Positions 49,812-57,365 of a stretch of 63,101 nucleotides of DNA are shown one piece after another. A program made the translations under genes and the position numbers. The stretch covers positions 1 to 63,101 of the IMG/VR virus record IMGVR_UViG_3300014613_000003, one strand, 5' to 3'. Origin of the DNA: a virus (taxonomy: Duplodnaviria; Caudoviricetes). The first letter of the stretch is position 1. Every line of letters starts with the position of its first letter. A model generated the notes under the pieces. It was given only the letters and a program-made list of their open reading frames with translations. It ran no database searches and was not told the DNA's origin.

Positions 49812-50027
49812 TTTTTTGCCAATGGTTACGTCCGCGGCGCCGACGTATACGCGGCCTGGGTGGGGGGCTACTGGCACCTGGCCAATCAGTTCCTCGCGCT
49901 GGACGTGCATCTCAACCGGCGCATCGAAACCGAGCTTGACCTGGTTGCCGCTGATCGCGCAGACCGTGACCCAAATGTCTTCGCCGATCAGGATGCGCTC
50001 GCCGACGCGGCGGGTAAGGATAAGCAT
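49803..50027 (-). CDS. csrA: CsrA/RsmA-family RNA-binding protein
   Basis: MLILTRRVGERILIGEDI.VTV..I.GNQVKLGFDAP....V.REE. Confidence 0.93.
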   Translation of the reverse strand: MLILTRRVGERILIGEDIWVTVCAISGNQVKLGFDAPVEMHVQREELIGQVPVAPHPGRVYVGAADVTIGKKGT

Positions 50028-50343
50028 GTCGTGGAAACTCCGTTTTGCATTAAGTGGGGCAGACGAGCGGTATATTCCGCCCTGTTCTCCAGGTAGCGCG
50101 CTGTGCGGTGTGGTACCTGGGCAACAGGCTGAGAAGGGCTTTCACCCTCCCCAGCATTCGTATGGTGTTCTTCGCTGAGCCTGGACCCTTCCACGGACGC
50201 CCCCTCTATTGGGAATCTTGGTGGTGGTCGCTTTCCAGCGCGTCTCGATTGCCTAAGTCGAGCCGGCAGGTACTAGAGCCTGCATAGAGCGGTTTTGGTT
50301 CTCGCCGCCGGCGTGGCCGGTGGTCCGCTACGAGGATCTGAAC

Positions 50344-50356
50344 TTGTTAAAGAGCG
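50344..50356 (-). promoter_or_regulatory. boxA antitermination element
   Basis: CGCTCTTTAACAA on the minus strand, just downstream of the leftward promoter. Confidence 0.8.
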
Positions 50357-50393
50357 CGCCCTGAAAAGTGGGACTTTTGAGGGACTGCTGCGT

Positions 50394-50421
50394 ACTTTAC
50401 CCGATGGATAACAACCGTCAA
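50394..50421 (-). promoter_or_regulatory. Leftward early promoter (PL-like)
   Basis: TTGACG-N16-TAAAGT on the minus strand. Confidence 0.65.
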
Positions 50422-50567
50422 GCGCTTTTCTGGCTTTTTGCTATGTGAGCAGCCTCACAAGCGAGCGCTCTGCCGTCTCTAGGCACGGTGTACCCGAATA
50501 TCAGATGTTTACCGGCGGGATAATTTCGTGCTTAATTGACAAGCAACACACGAAAAGAGGGCTTTGG

Positions 50568-50825
50568 ATGAAGTTGGAAACGTATGTCGCCGGCCTACCG
50601 AGGGGCGGAAAAGCACTGCTTGCGCGGGAGTTAGGCATTGCGCGCAGCGGCCTGTCACGCCTGCTGAGCGGCGATCGTGCCATAACTCCATTCAGGGCTA
50701 TTGCCATTGAACGAGCCACCAAAGGCGAGGTAACCCGCAAGGATCTGCGCCCGAACGACTGGTTCGATCTTTGGCCTGAACTCGCCACACAGAACGGAAA
50801 TGAAAAGGAATCAATCGCTGCGTAG
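50568..50825 (+). CDS. Cro/YdaS-like HTH regulator
   Basis: LARELGIARSGLSRLLSG...AIERATKGEVTRKDLRP.DW..WPEL. Confidence 0.88.
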   Translation: MKLETYVAGLPRGGKALLARELGIARSGLSRLLSGDRAITPFRAIAIERATKGEVTRKDLRPNDWFDLWPELATQNGNEKESIAA

Positions 50826-50885
50826 TAGGACTGCCCGTCCTGTAGCTGCATAAACCACACAGTTACATATACGGAAGTAAAAACC

Positions 50886-51104
50886 ATGACTTACACAAGC
50901 CGAGAGCATTTACATAATCGAGAGGTGAAAGTCCGCCTAGATGCGGAGTATCACGAACGCCTAAAAAAGATTGCAGCCAAGTCGAAGACCGCTAAGCAAC
51001 CCGCCGCCTTTGCGCGGATGTACCTAGAAACCTTGCTTGAAATTGCCGAAAAAGAAGGGATTGGAGCCGTCGACGAGTTCTTTGAACAGCGGCTGCGCGC
51101 CTAA
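50886..51104 (+). CDS. Small RHH-like regulator (CII position)
   Basis: EVKVRLDAEYHERLKKIA...QPAAFARM. Confidence 0.7.
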   Translation: MTYTSREHLHNREVKVRLDAEYHERLKKIAAKSKTAKQPAAFARMYLETLLEIAEKEGIGAVDEFFEQRLRA

Positions 51105-51162
51105 TTAGTCCCGTACTCCCTGCGTCGGAAAAGGACTCCGACGCGGGAAAAGGGCGTTTTAA

Positions 51163-51178
51163 GGGACTCATTCGTCCC
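51163..51178. promoter_or_regulatory. GGGAC-N6-GTCCC palindrome
   Basis: GGGACtcattcGTCCC upstream of the rep leader. Confidence 0.6.
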
Positions 51179-51257
51179 GTACAATCGCCAGACACGAAAA
51201 AGCCGGGTTTCCGGCCCGGCTTGATCGTTCACATCAGCACCGCTGACGACAACCCCT

Positions 51258-51365
51258 ATGAAGTCGACAGCAAACCTAAACACCCTCTACACGAACGCTA
51301 AGGTCAAGGGGAATATTAGCATGACCACCGCAGCAGACCAAACCCCGATAAGGGGTACGCGATGA
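51258..51365 (+). CDS. Possible leader peptide (35 aa, or 14 aa from ATG 51321) coupled to rep
   Basis: Its stop overlaps the rep ATG (ATGA). Confidence 0.35.
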   Translation: MKSTANLNTLYTNAKVKGNISMTTAADQTPIRGTR

Positions 51366-52396
51366 GCTGGCTACATACAAAAAGACCCATCGTCATAAAT
51401 GCGGATCTGGCAACGCACGTTGGCCTGAACGAGGCCATCATCCTGCAACAGCTGAACTACTGGATTGACGCCACCGACTCAGGCGTCGACCACGACGGAA
51501 TGCGCTGGATCTATAACACCCAAGATCGCTGGCGCGAGCAGTTCCCGTTCTGGTCCCTGGACACGGTGAAGCGCGGGTTCGCCTCGCTGAAAAAGCAGGG
51601 ATTAATCCATATCCAGCAGCTCGCCAAGCAGAAGCACGACCGCACCAACTACTACGCGATCGACCACGCCAAATTGGATGAAATGGAGGCTCAAAGCCGC
51701 GCCATTGCTCATAAGTGCAAAATGCCCTCATCGAGCGATGCAGAATCCGCCGATCCATCAGGGCAAGAACCGCCAGTCCATGAGGGCAACATGCCCCCAT
51801 CCAACGGGGCAACATGCCCTGATGTTACAGAGATAACAACAGAGACTACGGCAGAGACTACGGCAGATACTCTTTCCGGCCAGGGTGCTGACGCACCCGA
51901 GCCGGCGCTGGAAGGCGAGTACCTGGGGGCCGAGGAAAATCCAGGCCAGCCCGAGCAGCAGTCCGAGCCGAAAACGGCCCTGGAGCGCTACCGGGAACAT
52001 GCCAGCGGGCCGAAGGACGAAGACTGCAAAACCTTCAAGGCCTGGGCGAACTACGCGATCGCTTACGAGAAGGTCTACAGCGTGTGGCCGCTGTGGAACC
52101 GCACCACTGCTGGGCAGATGGGGCACTTCATTGACAAGGTGGGCGCCGAATCCGCGCCGAAGCTGGCCGCCCACTACCTGAAACTCAAGGACCGCGCCTA
52201 CCTGCAATCGTCCCACGACGTAGCGCTCATGCTGCGTGACGCGCAGGCGATCAATACCTCGTACCACAACGGCCGCGCCATGAACGGCACCATTGCCCGC
52301 CAGATGGAGGCGCAGGAGGCCAACCTCAGCGCCGCCGCGCAGATCCGCGAGCAGCAAGCCGGTCAGGAGGTAAAGCCCAATGCTTTCCTCCGCTGA
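51362..52396 (+). CDS. Replication initiator (lambda O-like organisation)
   Basis: LA..VGLNEAIILQQLNYW...WIYNT...W.EQFPFWS wHTH, internal iterons. Confidence 0.85.
   Translation: MSWLHTKRPIVINADLATHVGLNEAIILQQLNYWIDATDSGVDHDGMRWIYNTQDRWREQFPFWSLDTVKRGFASLKKQGLIHIQQLAKQKHDRTNYYAIDHAKLDEMEAQSRAIAHKCKMPSSSDAESADPSGQEPPVHEGNMPPSNGATCPDVTEITTETTAETTADTLSGQGADAPEPALEGEYLGAEENPGQPEQQSEPKTALERYREHASGPKDEDCKTFKAWANYAIAYEKVYSVWPLWNRTTAGQMGHFIDKVGAESAPKLAAHYLKLKDRAYLQSSHDVALMLRDAQAINTSYHNGRAMNGTIARQMEAQEANLSAAAQIREQQAGQEVKPNAFLR
51710..51824 (+). repeat. Five 23-bp iteron-like repeats (probable origin)
   Basis: Units start at 51710, 51733, 51756, 51779 and 51802, e.g. CATGAGGGCAACATGCCCCCATC; followed by 12-bp CAGAGACTACGG repeats. 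Confidence 0.75.
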
Positions 52397-53180
52397 GCAG
52401 GATGAACTCGCCGTCGCCATCATCGCCACGGCCGACGCACTCGGCCAAACCATGACCGCCGCAGCGGCCAAGATGATCGCTAGCGACCTGGCCCCCTACG
52501 ATATCGACACGATCGCCGATGCGCTCCGCGCGTGCCGCCTGGAGCTGCGCGGCAAGCTGGTGCCGGCGGAAATCATCAGCCGTGTGGTCAAGGCTGACGG
52601 GCGCCCTACCAGCGACGAGGCTTGGCCGCTGGCACTTCGCGCCATGGACGAGGCCGATAGCGTGATGCTGACGCCCGAGATACGGCAAGCGCTGGCTGAC
52701 GCTCGCCCGGTGCTGATAACCGGCGACCAGATCGCCGGGCGCAAGACATTCCAGGCTGCGTATGACCGCTACCTGAACGACGCGCGCCGCGCTGAACGTC
52801 CGGCCGAATGGGGGCTGTCGATAGGCTTCGACCCGCAGCTGCGCCTGCGCGAGATTGAGGACGCGACCCGCAAGGGCTTGCTGTCGATAGAGAGTGCCAA
52901 TCAGCACCTGAAAGTCCTGGCGCACGTACCCATGACTACCGACGGTCAAGCGATCGCCGGGCTGCTAACCGGGAAAGTCGCCAAGCCGTCGCCCGACGTT
53001 CATCAGCGCCTGGAGCAGCTGCGCACCGACATGCTGGCCGACCGCAAAGCGAAGCGGCAGAAAGAGCAGGAGAAGCGCGCGGCGGACGCGGAGGCCGAGC
53101 GCGCGGACCTGGAGAAGCGCAGAGCGGAGCACCAGGCCGCGATCAAGCAACTTGAACGGGAGGCCCGCCGCCATGGTTGA
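52380..53180 (+). CDS. Replication accessory protein (helicase-loader/P position)
   Basis: Directly after rep; DGRP..DEAW motif. Confidence 0.65.
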   Translation: MLSSAEQDELAVAIIATADALGQTMTAAAAKMIASDLAPYDIDTIADALRACRLELRGKLVPAEIISRVVKADGRPTSDEAWPLALRAMDEADSVMLTPEIRQALADARPVLITGDQIAGRKTFQAAYDRYLNDARRAERPAEWGLSIGFDPQLRLREIEDATRKGLLSIESANQHLKVLAHVPMTTDGQAIAGLLTGKVAKPSPDVHQRLEQLRTDMLADRKAKRQKEQEKRAADAEAERADLEKRRAEHQAAIKQLEREARRHG

Positions 53181-53718
53181 ACCAGTAAGCATCGGAACAA
53201 AGCCGGCTGCCAAGAAGAAATCCAAGCCGCTGCCGATCCATTTCACTGTTCGAGAAATGATCGACCCTGTGACCCGTCAGCTGGTCGGCGCCCTGGTGCC
53301 GGCCGAGGAGGCCGACAAGTCGATGATGCGCGATCGCGGTTTTCGTCGGAATACCCGCGTCCGCGCGGTCCTGACCCAGCCGCGCAACCCGAAGTTCAAC
53401 AACCTGGTACACGGCATGGGCAAGCTGCTGGCCAACAGCATCGACGGCTTCCAGGGCAAGCTGGCGCACCAGGCGATCAAGGATCTACAGCTCGAATCGG
53501 AGGTGTATTGCGACTGCGAGCAGTTCGATATCCCCGGCCTGGGGCGGTTCCGGCGCACCACGCCGCAAAGTCTGTCGTTCGACACCATGGACGAGCTGAC
53601 CTTTCAGGATTTCTGGCGCCAATTGTGTGAGTACCTGATCGCAACCTACTGGCCGAAGCTGACCGAGGAACAGATTACGGAAATGGCTGAAATCGAAGCT
53701 GTACGGCACGTCGCCTAA
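53173..53718 (+). CDS. NinB/DUF1367-like protein
   Basis: PRNPKFNNLVH...PQSLSFDTMDELTF. Confidence 0.65.
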   Translation: MVEPVSIGTKPAAKKKSKPLPIHFTVREMIDPVTRQLVGALVPAEEADKSMMRDRGFRRNTRVRAVLTQPRNPKFNNLVHGMGKLLANSIDGFQGKLAHQAIKDLQLESEVYCDCEQFDIPGLGRFRRTTPQSLSFDTMDELTFQDFWRQLCEYLIATYWPKLTEEQITEMAEIEAVRHVA

Positions 53719-53738
53719 CCAACAGAAGGAACTGAATC

Positions 53739-54044
53739 ATGGCTCTAGTTAAATCACAAAAGCTGCGCGACTCCGCAAAAGGCGAAAGCTGTACGCTGCG
53801 CCTGCCTGGCTGCGGCTTCGAGGATGGCACGGTGGTGCTGTGTCATCTACCCTGTGGTCAGAAAGGAGTGGGACTTAAAAGTCCTGACAACATGGCAATC
53901 TATGCCTGTCACAGCTGCCACACGACCATTGACGGGGCAAGGCGCTGGGAAGTCGCGGCGCAGGACTATCTGCGCGCCCTGGCCGAGACGCAGCTGGCGT
54001 TCATACGCAAAGGTCTGATGACGATCAAGGGGATGAAAGCGTGA
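53739..54044 (+). CDS. YbcO/DUF1364-like nuclease-domain protein
   Basis: KLRDSAKGESCTLRLPGC...TVVLCH...YACHSCH. Confidence 0.8.
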   Translation: MALVKSQKLRDSAKGESCTLRLPGCGFEDGTVVLCHLPCGQKGVGLKSPDNMAIYACHSCHTTIDGARRWEVAAQDYLRALAETQLAFIRKGLMTIKGMKA

Positions 54045-54199
54045 AGATCAAATGCCCGCGCAACCATGAGCACAGCACGTCGCCGTTCAGCAGTTACCAG
54101 GACGTGTGGTGCCATGAGTGCCGGGCGTTTTTCCCCTGGCCCAAAGACGACGACCAGCAGCCGCTGGTATCGACCAATCGCGACAAGAGGCGCAAGTGA
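54041..54199 (+). CDS. Small Zn-ribbon protein, 52 aa
   Basis: GTGA coupling on both sides; CP..H and CHEC. Confidence 0.5.
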   Translation: MKIKCPRNHEHSTSPFSSYQDVWCHECRAFFPWPKDDDQQPLVSTNRDKRRK

Positions 54200-54402
54200 G
54201 CGGGTTTCTAGTGCGTAATAAAAATGGGACTGAAAAGGCCCAAATCGCCGTAGAGGGCGGACCAGGCGAACCGATTGTGGTGCTGGGCAGCATAGACGAG
54301 GCGTTCGACCTGATCGAGCGTCTGCGCAGCACACACGCCGGCCCGCCGGTGCGCTGCCCTGGTTGCATGGGCGGGTGCGACTGCCTGCCGGTGCGGGCTT
54401 GA
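54196..54402 (+). CDS. Hypothetical protein
   Basis: Coupled ORF with C-terminal CPGC..CDC. Confidence 0.45.
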   Translation: MSGFLVRNKNGTEKAQIAVEGGPGEPIVVLGSIDEAFDLIERLRSTHAGPPVRCPGCMGGCDCLPVRA

Positions 54403-54456
54403 TCTGTGGCTACTGGTACGAAACCGGGCGGCTCGTCTGTCACCGCCCGAGCAGCT

Positions 54457-54729
54457 GTGAATGCGCAGCCTCAAGCCAGCAACCACGCGGCGCAACAGTT
54501 GGCCAACTCGATTTATTCGCAACGCAACCGCCTGGGGCGCGCTTGGCGCCAGTGGGCAGAAAACGAACTGATCAAACAAAGTAGCGACCTGCATACGGAA
54601 GTAATGGCGCGCACCGAGCTGAACAAGCTCATGGGAGTGCCGCGTGACAAACATAACCCTGCCCTGGCCGCCCGCCGCGCTGAGCCCGAACGCCCGAGGC
54701 CATTGGAGCAAGCGCCACAAAGCCGCTAA
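54457..54729 (+). CDS. Hypothetical protein
   Basis: Fills the gap before rusA; start uncertain and overlaps rusA. Confidence 0.35.
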   Translation: MNAQPQASNHAAQQLANSIYSQRNRLGRAWRQWAENELIKQSSDLHTEVMARTELNKLMGVPRDKHNPALAARRAEPERPRPLEQAPQSR

Positions 54730-54988
54730 GGCGTACCGCGCTAACTGCTATCTGCTGTGCAAGGCCGCGCGCCTTGCCGTGCCAGACGGCCCGCTCAGTC
54801 TCGTTATCGAGTTCGCGCCGCCTGATCGGCGAAGCCGCGACGACGACAACCTCATTGCCAGTTTCAAGTCCGGCCGCGACGGCATCGCCGAAGCGCTCGG
54901 TATCGACGACGCGCGATTCCATACGAAGCACTCATTCAGCGCCCCGATCAAGGGTGGTGCCGTGTGCGTGCGTATTGAGCCGCGCTAG
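54644..54988 (+). CDS. rusA: RusA-like Holliday junction resolvase
   Basis: LPWPP..LSPN...PPDRRSRDDDNL...K...DG......IDD. Confidence 0.85.
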   Translation: MTNITLPWPPAALSPNARGHWSKRHKAAKAYRANCYLLCKAARLAVPDGPLSLVIEFAPPDRRSRDDDNLIASFKSGRDGIAEALGIDDARFHTKHSFSAPIKGGAVCVRIEPR

Positions 54989-55002
54989 CGGCAGGGGCGG
55001 CT

Positions 55003-55206
55003 ATGACAGAGCAAACGGTATGCGCGAGCACGACACGCATCACGCTGGGCGAGGAGACGCTGACGGCGATCGAGTGGGCAGCGCGGCGCGGCTTGAAGTG
55101 GCAGACGGTGCGTATGCGCCGGTACCGCGGCGAAGGCTGGACCGAGGCGCTAAGCCCTGGCCTGCGGAAAACCCGCTGGATGAACGGGCTCAGCATGGGG
55201 CGCTGA
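55003..55206 (+). CDS. Small HTH-like DNA-binding protein in the Q position
   Basis: ITLGEETLTAIEWAARRGLKWQTVRMRRYRG.GW..AL resembles HNH-associated DNA-binding domains. Confidence 0.6.
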   Translation: MTEQTVCASTTRITLGEETLTAIEWAARRGLKWQTVRMRRYRGEGWTEALSPGLRKTRWMNGLSMGR

Positions 55207-55221
55207 TTTCATTGGGCAGGC

Positions 55222-55249
55222 TTGCCAGGGCGGGCAAGTCACATAGGTT
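55222..55249 (+). promoter_or_regulatory. Late-type promoter copy 5 (TTGCCA-N16-TAGGTT), lysis operon
   Basis: AGTCACATAG conserved at the same spacing. Confidence 0.75.
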
Positions 55250-55313
55250 GGCGCTGCCAGCTGCCGGAACGGGTAGGGATGGCGCCCCCATTCACCGACA
55301 GGACACCGCCGCG

Positions 55314-55592
55314 ATGGCAGAACCCATCCCCCTCACGCTGGCAGCAGGCGACAAGGTTATGAATTACACAAGCTATGCGGGCGCCGTCGTCAGTGTGACT
55401 ACGGGTGTGACCCTGACGGAATGGGGCATTATCGTCGGTATCCTTACCGCCACGCTGACCTTCGTCGCCAATATGGTCTACCAGGCGCGCAAGGATCGCC
55501 GCGAGCAACAGCGCCACGAACTGCTGATGCAAAACATCAAGCGGCAGGCCATGGGCGAAGCCTTCGACGCCCTGGATGGTGGCGGCAAATGA
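55314..55592 (+). CDS. Holin (HP1-like)
   Basis: Hydrophobic segments LTEWGIIVGILTATLTFVANMVY followed by a basic tail; precedes the endolysin. Confidence 0.8.
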   Translation: MAEPIPLTLAAGDKVMNYTSYAGAVVSVTTGVTLTEWGIIVGILTATLTFVANMVYQARKDRREQQRHELLMQNIKRQAMGEAFDALDGGGK

Positions 55593-56122
55593 AGCGCACG
55601 CGGCAGGCGGTGGCCGTGCTGACACTGAGCCTGGCCGGCTTCACGGCCTGGGTAGGCTCCGAAGGCTTCACGCCGGCGCCGGTGATCCCGACCAGGGGTG
55701 ACGTACCGACTATCGGCCACGGGTCCACGCGCTACGAAGACGGCACGCCGGTGCGGATGGACGACCCGCCGATTACCCGCGAGCGCGCCGCCCAGCTGGC
55801 CCGCAACCTCCATAGCGAGGAAGAACGCCGCTTCCGTGCGTCCCTGCCGGGCGTTGATCTGTTCCAAGAAGAATACGACCTGTACCTGGATTTCACCGGG
55901 CAGTACGGCATCGGCAATTGGCGCGCGTCGTCCATGCGCCGCAACCTGCTGGTCGGCGATTACGTGGCCGCCTGTGGCTCGCTGCTGCAATGGCGCAAGG
56001 CGGGCGGCTATGACTGCTCCACGCTGGTGAACGGCAAGCCCAATCGGCGCTGCTGGGGCGTGTGGGAGCGCCAGGTTAAGCGCCATGCGCAGTGCATGGC
56101 TGTTCAGGAGGGTGCGCAATGA
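55589..56122 (+). CDS. SAR endolysin, GH24 lysozyme
   Basis: N-terminal SAR helix, EG...GDVPTIGHGST catalytic motif. Confidence 0.9.
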   Translation: MKRTRQAVAVLTLSLAGFTAWVGSEGFTPAPVIPTRGDVPTIGHGSTRYEDGTPVRMDDPPITRERAAQLARNLHSEEERRFRASLPGVDLFQEEYDLYLDFTGQYGIGNWRASSMRRNLLVGDYVAACGSLLQWRKAGGYDCSTLVNGKPNRRCWGVWERQVKRHAQCMAVQEGAQ

Positions 56123-56241
56123 TCCTGGCGGCGATGATCGTCACGCTGGCTGACTACCTGCTGTGCGGCCTGTCCGCCGAGGCGCAGGCGATCCGTTTCC
56201 GCGCCCAGCTGGCCTATCTGCGGAGGCCGTCCCGGTGGTGA
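56119..56241 (+). CDS. Small 40-aa hydrophobic protein in the lysis cassette
   Basis: AGGAGG RBS; ATGA and GTGA coupling on both sides. Confidence 0.5.
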   Translation: MILAAMIVTLADYLLCGLSAEAQAIRFRAQLAYLRRPSRW

Positions 56242-56612
56242 TCGACAAGCTGCGCCTGCTGGCCTATGCGGTGCTGACCGTCGCCGGCCTGGCCGTCGGC
56301 TGGAACGTGCGCGGCTGGAAGGAAGGCTATGACGCCAGCGCTCGCCTGGAGGCCAAGCAGGAGGCCGAAGACCTGGCGCGCAGCCTGATTGCCGGCATCA
56401 GCCGCGAGACGCTGGAGGCGATCGGCCAGATCCGCATCGAGCACAAGACCATCCACACGAAGGCCGTCCATGAAATCGAGTCGAATACTGTGTATCGCGA
56501 TTGCCGCATCCCTGCTACAGGCATGCAGCTCGCCAACGAGGCGCGAACCAGTGCCAATCGACGAAGGGCTGTTACAGCCGTGCCCGCCGATACCGCTGAT
56601 TCCCGTCGCTGA
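56238..56612 (+). CDS. i-spanin (Rz-like)
   Basis: N-terminal TM helix, coiled coil, Cys near the C-terminus. Confidence 0.8.
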   Translation: MIDKLRLLAYAVLTVAGLAVGWNVRGWKEGYDASARLEAKQEAEDLARSLIAGISRETLEAIGQIRIEHKTIHTKAVHEIESNTVYRDCRIPATGMQLANEARTSANRRRAVTAVPADTADSRR

Positions 56613-56730
56613 GGATGGCACCGCGCCGCTGGGTGCGCTGCTACTGGAGGACGTAGACCTGGCCGGACTGTACGCCGAGTGCGCCACGGGCAAGGACGGG
56701 CTGATCGAGGCCATCCGATCGCGTCAATAG
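56470..56730 (+). CDS. o-spanin lipoprotein (Rz1-like), overlapping
   Basis: MKSSRILCIAIAASLLQAC lipobox; Pro-rich. Confidence 0.8.
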   Translation: MKSSRILCIAIAASLLQACSSPTRREPVPIDEGLLQPCPPIPLIPVAEDGTAPLGALLLEDVDLAGLYAECATGKDGLIEAIRSRQ

Positions 56731-56732
56731 TG

Positions 56733-56763
56733 TTGACGATAGTCATTCGACAATCATATGATT
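56733..56763 (+). promoter_or_regulatory. Sigma70 promoter with the AATCATATGATT palindrome over its -10
   Basis: TTGACG-N18-TATGAT; palindrome 56752-56763 also present at 36792-36803. Confidence 0.7.
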
Positions 56764-56838
56764 CCCATCGGTAGCGCAACGCTACCAACCCACTGAAGAA
56801 GCCGGGCAACCGCCACGGCATGCGCAGAGGTATCCCGC

Positions 56839-57363
56839 ATGACCCATCACGTCCGTACCGTCGCCGCGCCGAACTACACCGTCACCCCGATGGACGAGTT
56901 CGTCAGCCTCGAAGTCCACAACGATCTGATCATTGCCCGCGCCCTGGAAATACTGCGCGAGCGCCTGCATAAGCCGGGCGCCGCGCTGGAAAGCCCGCAA
57001 GCGGTGCGTGATTACCTGCGCCTGAGCCTGGCTGCCGAGAAAAGCGAGCGGTTCGGTTGCCTGTTTCTCGACTCCCGGCACCGGGTTATCGCCCTGGATC
57101 TGATGTTTCAGGGGTCGATCGACGGTGCCAGCGTCTACCCGCGCGAAGTGGTCAAGGCCGCACTGGCCCACAATGCAGCGGCGGTGGCGCTGGTGCATAA
57201 CCACCCGTCCGGCGACGTGGATCCGAGTCGGGCTGACCGCACCCTGACAAGCAAGCTGAAGGAGGCGCTGGCGCTGATCGACGTGCGCGTGCTCGACCAT
57301 TTCATTGTGGGCGGTGCCGGGAATGCGGACGTGCTCAGTTTTGCCGAGCGGGGGTACCTCTAA
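56839..57363 (+). CDS. radC: RadC/JAB-domain protein
   Basis: E.FGCLFLD...[10 protein letters not shown]...[14 protein letters not shown]...LDHFIVG. Confidence 0.93.
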   Translation: MTHHVRTVAAPNYTVTPMDEFVSLEVHNDLIIARALEILRERLHKPGAALESPQAVRDYLRLSLAAEKSERFGCLFLDSRHRVIALDLMFQGSIDGASVYPREVVKAALAHNAAAVALVHNHPSGDVDPSRADRTLTSKLKEALALIDVRVLDHFIVGGAGNADVLSFAERGYL

Positions 57364-57365
57364 CC

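Noticed and set aside
50040-50340. tRNA gene in the structured leader
   Set aside because: No cloverleaf with a TTC T-loop or a CCA end could be built by eye; tRNAscan-SE would settle it
54774-55313. N-terminal extension of the 272-aa ORF containing the holin
   Set aside because: Overlaps rusA, the 55003 gene and the late promoter; only the last ~92 aa are holin-like
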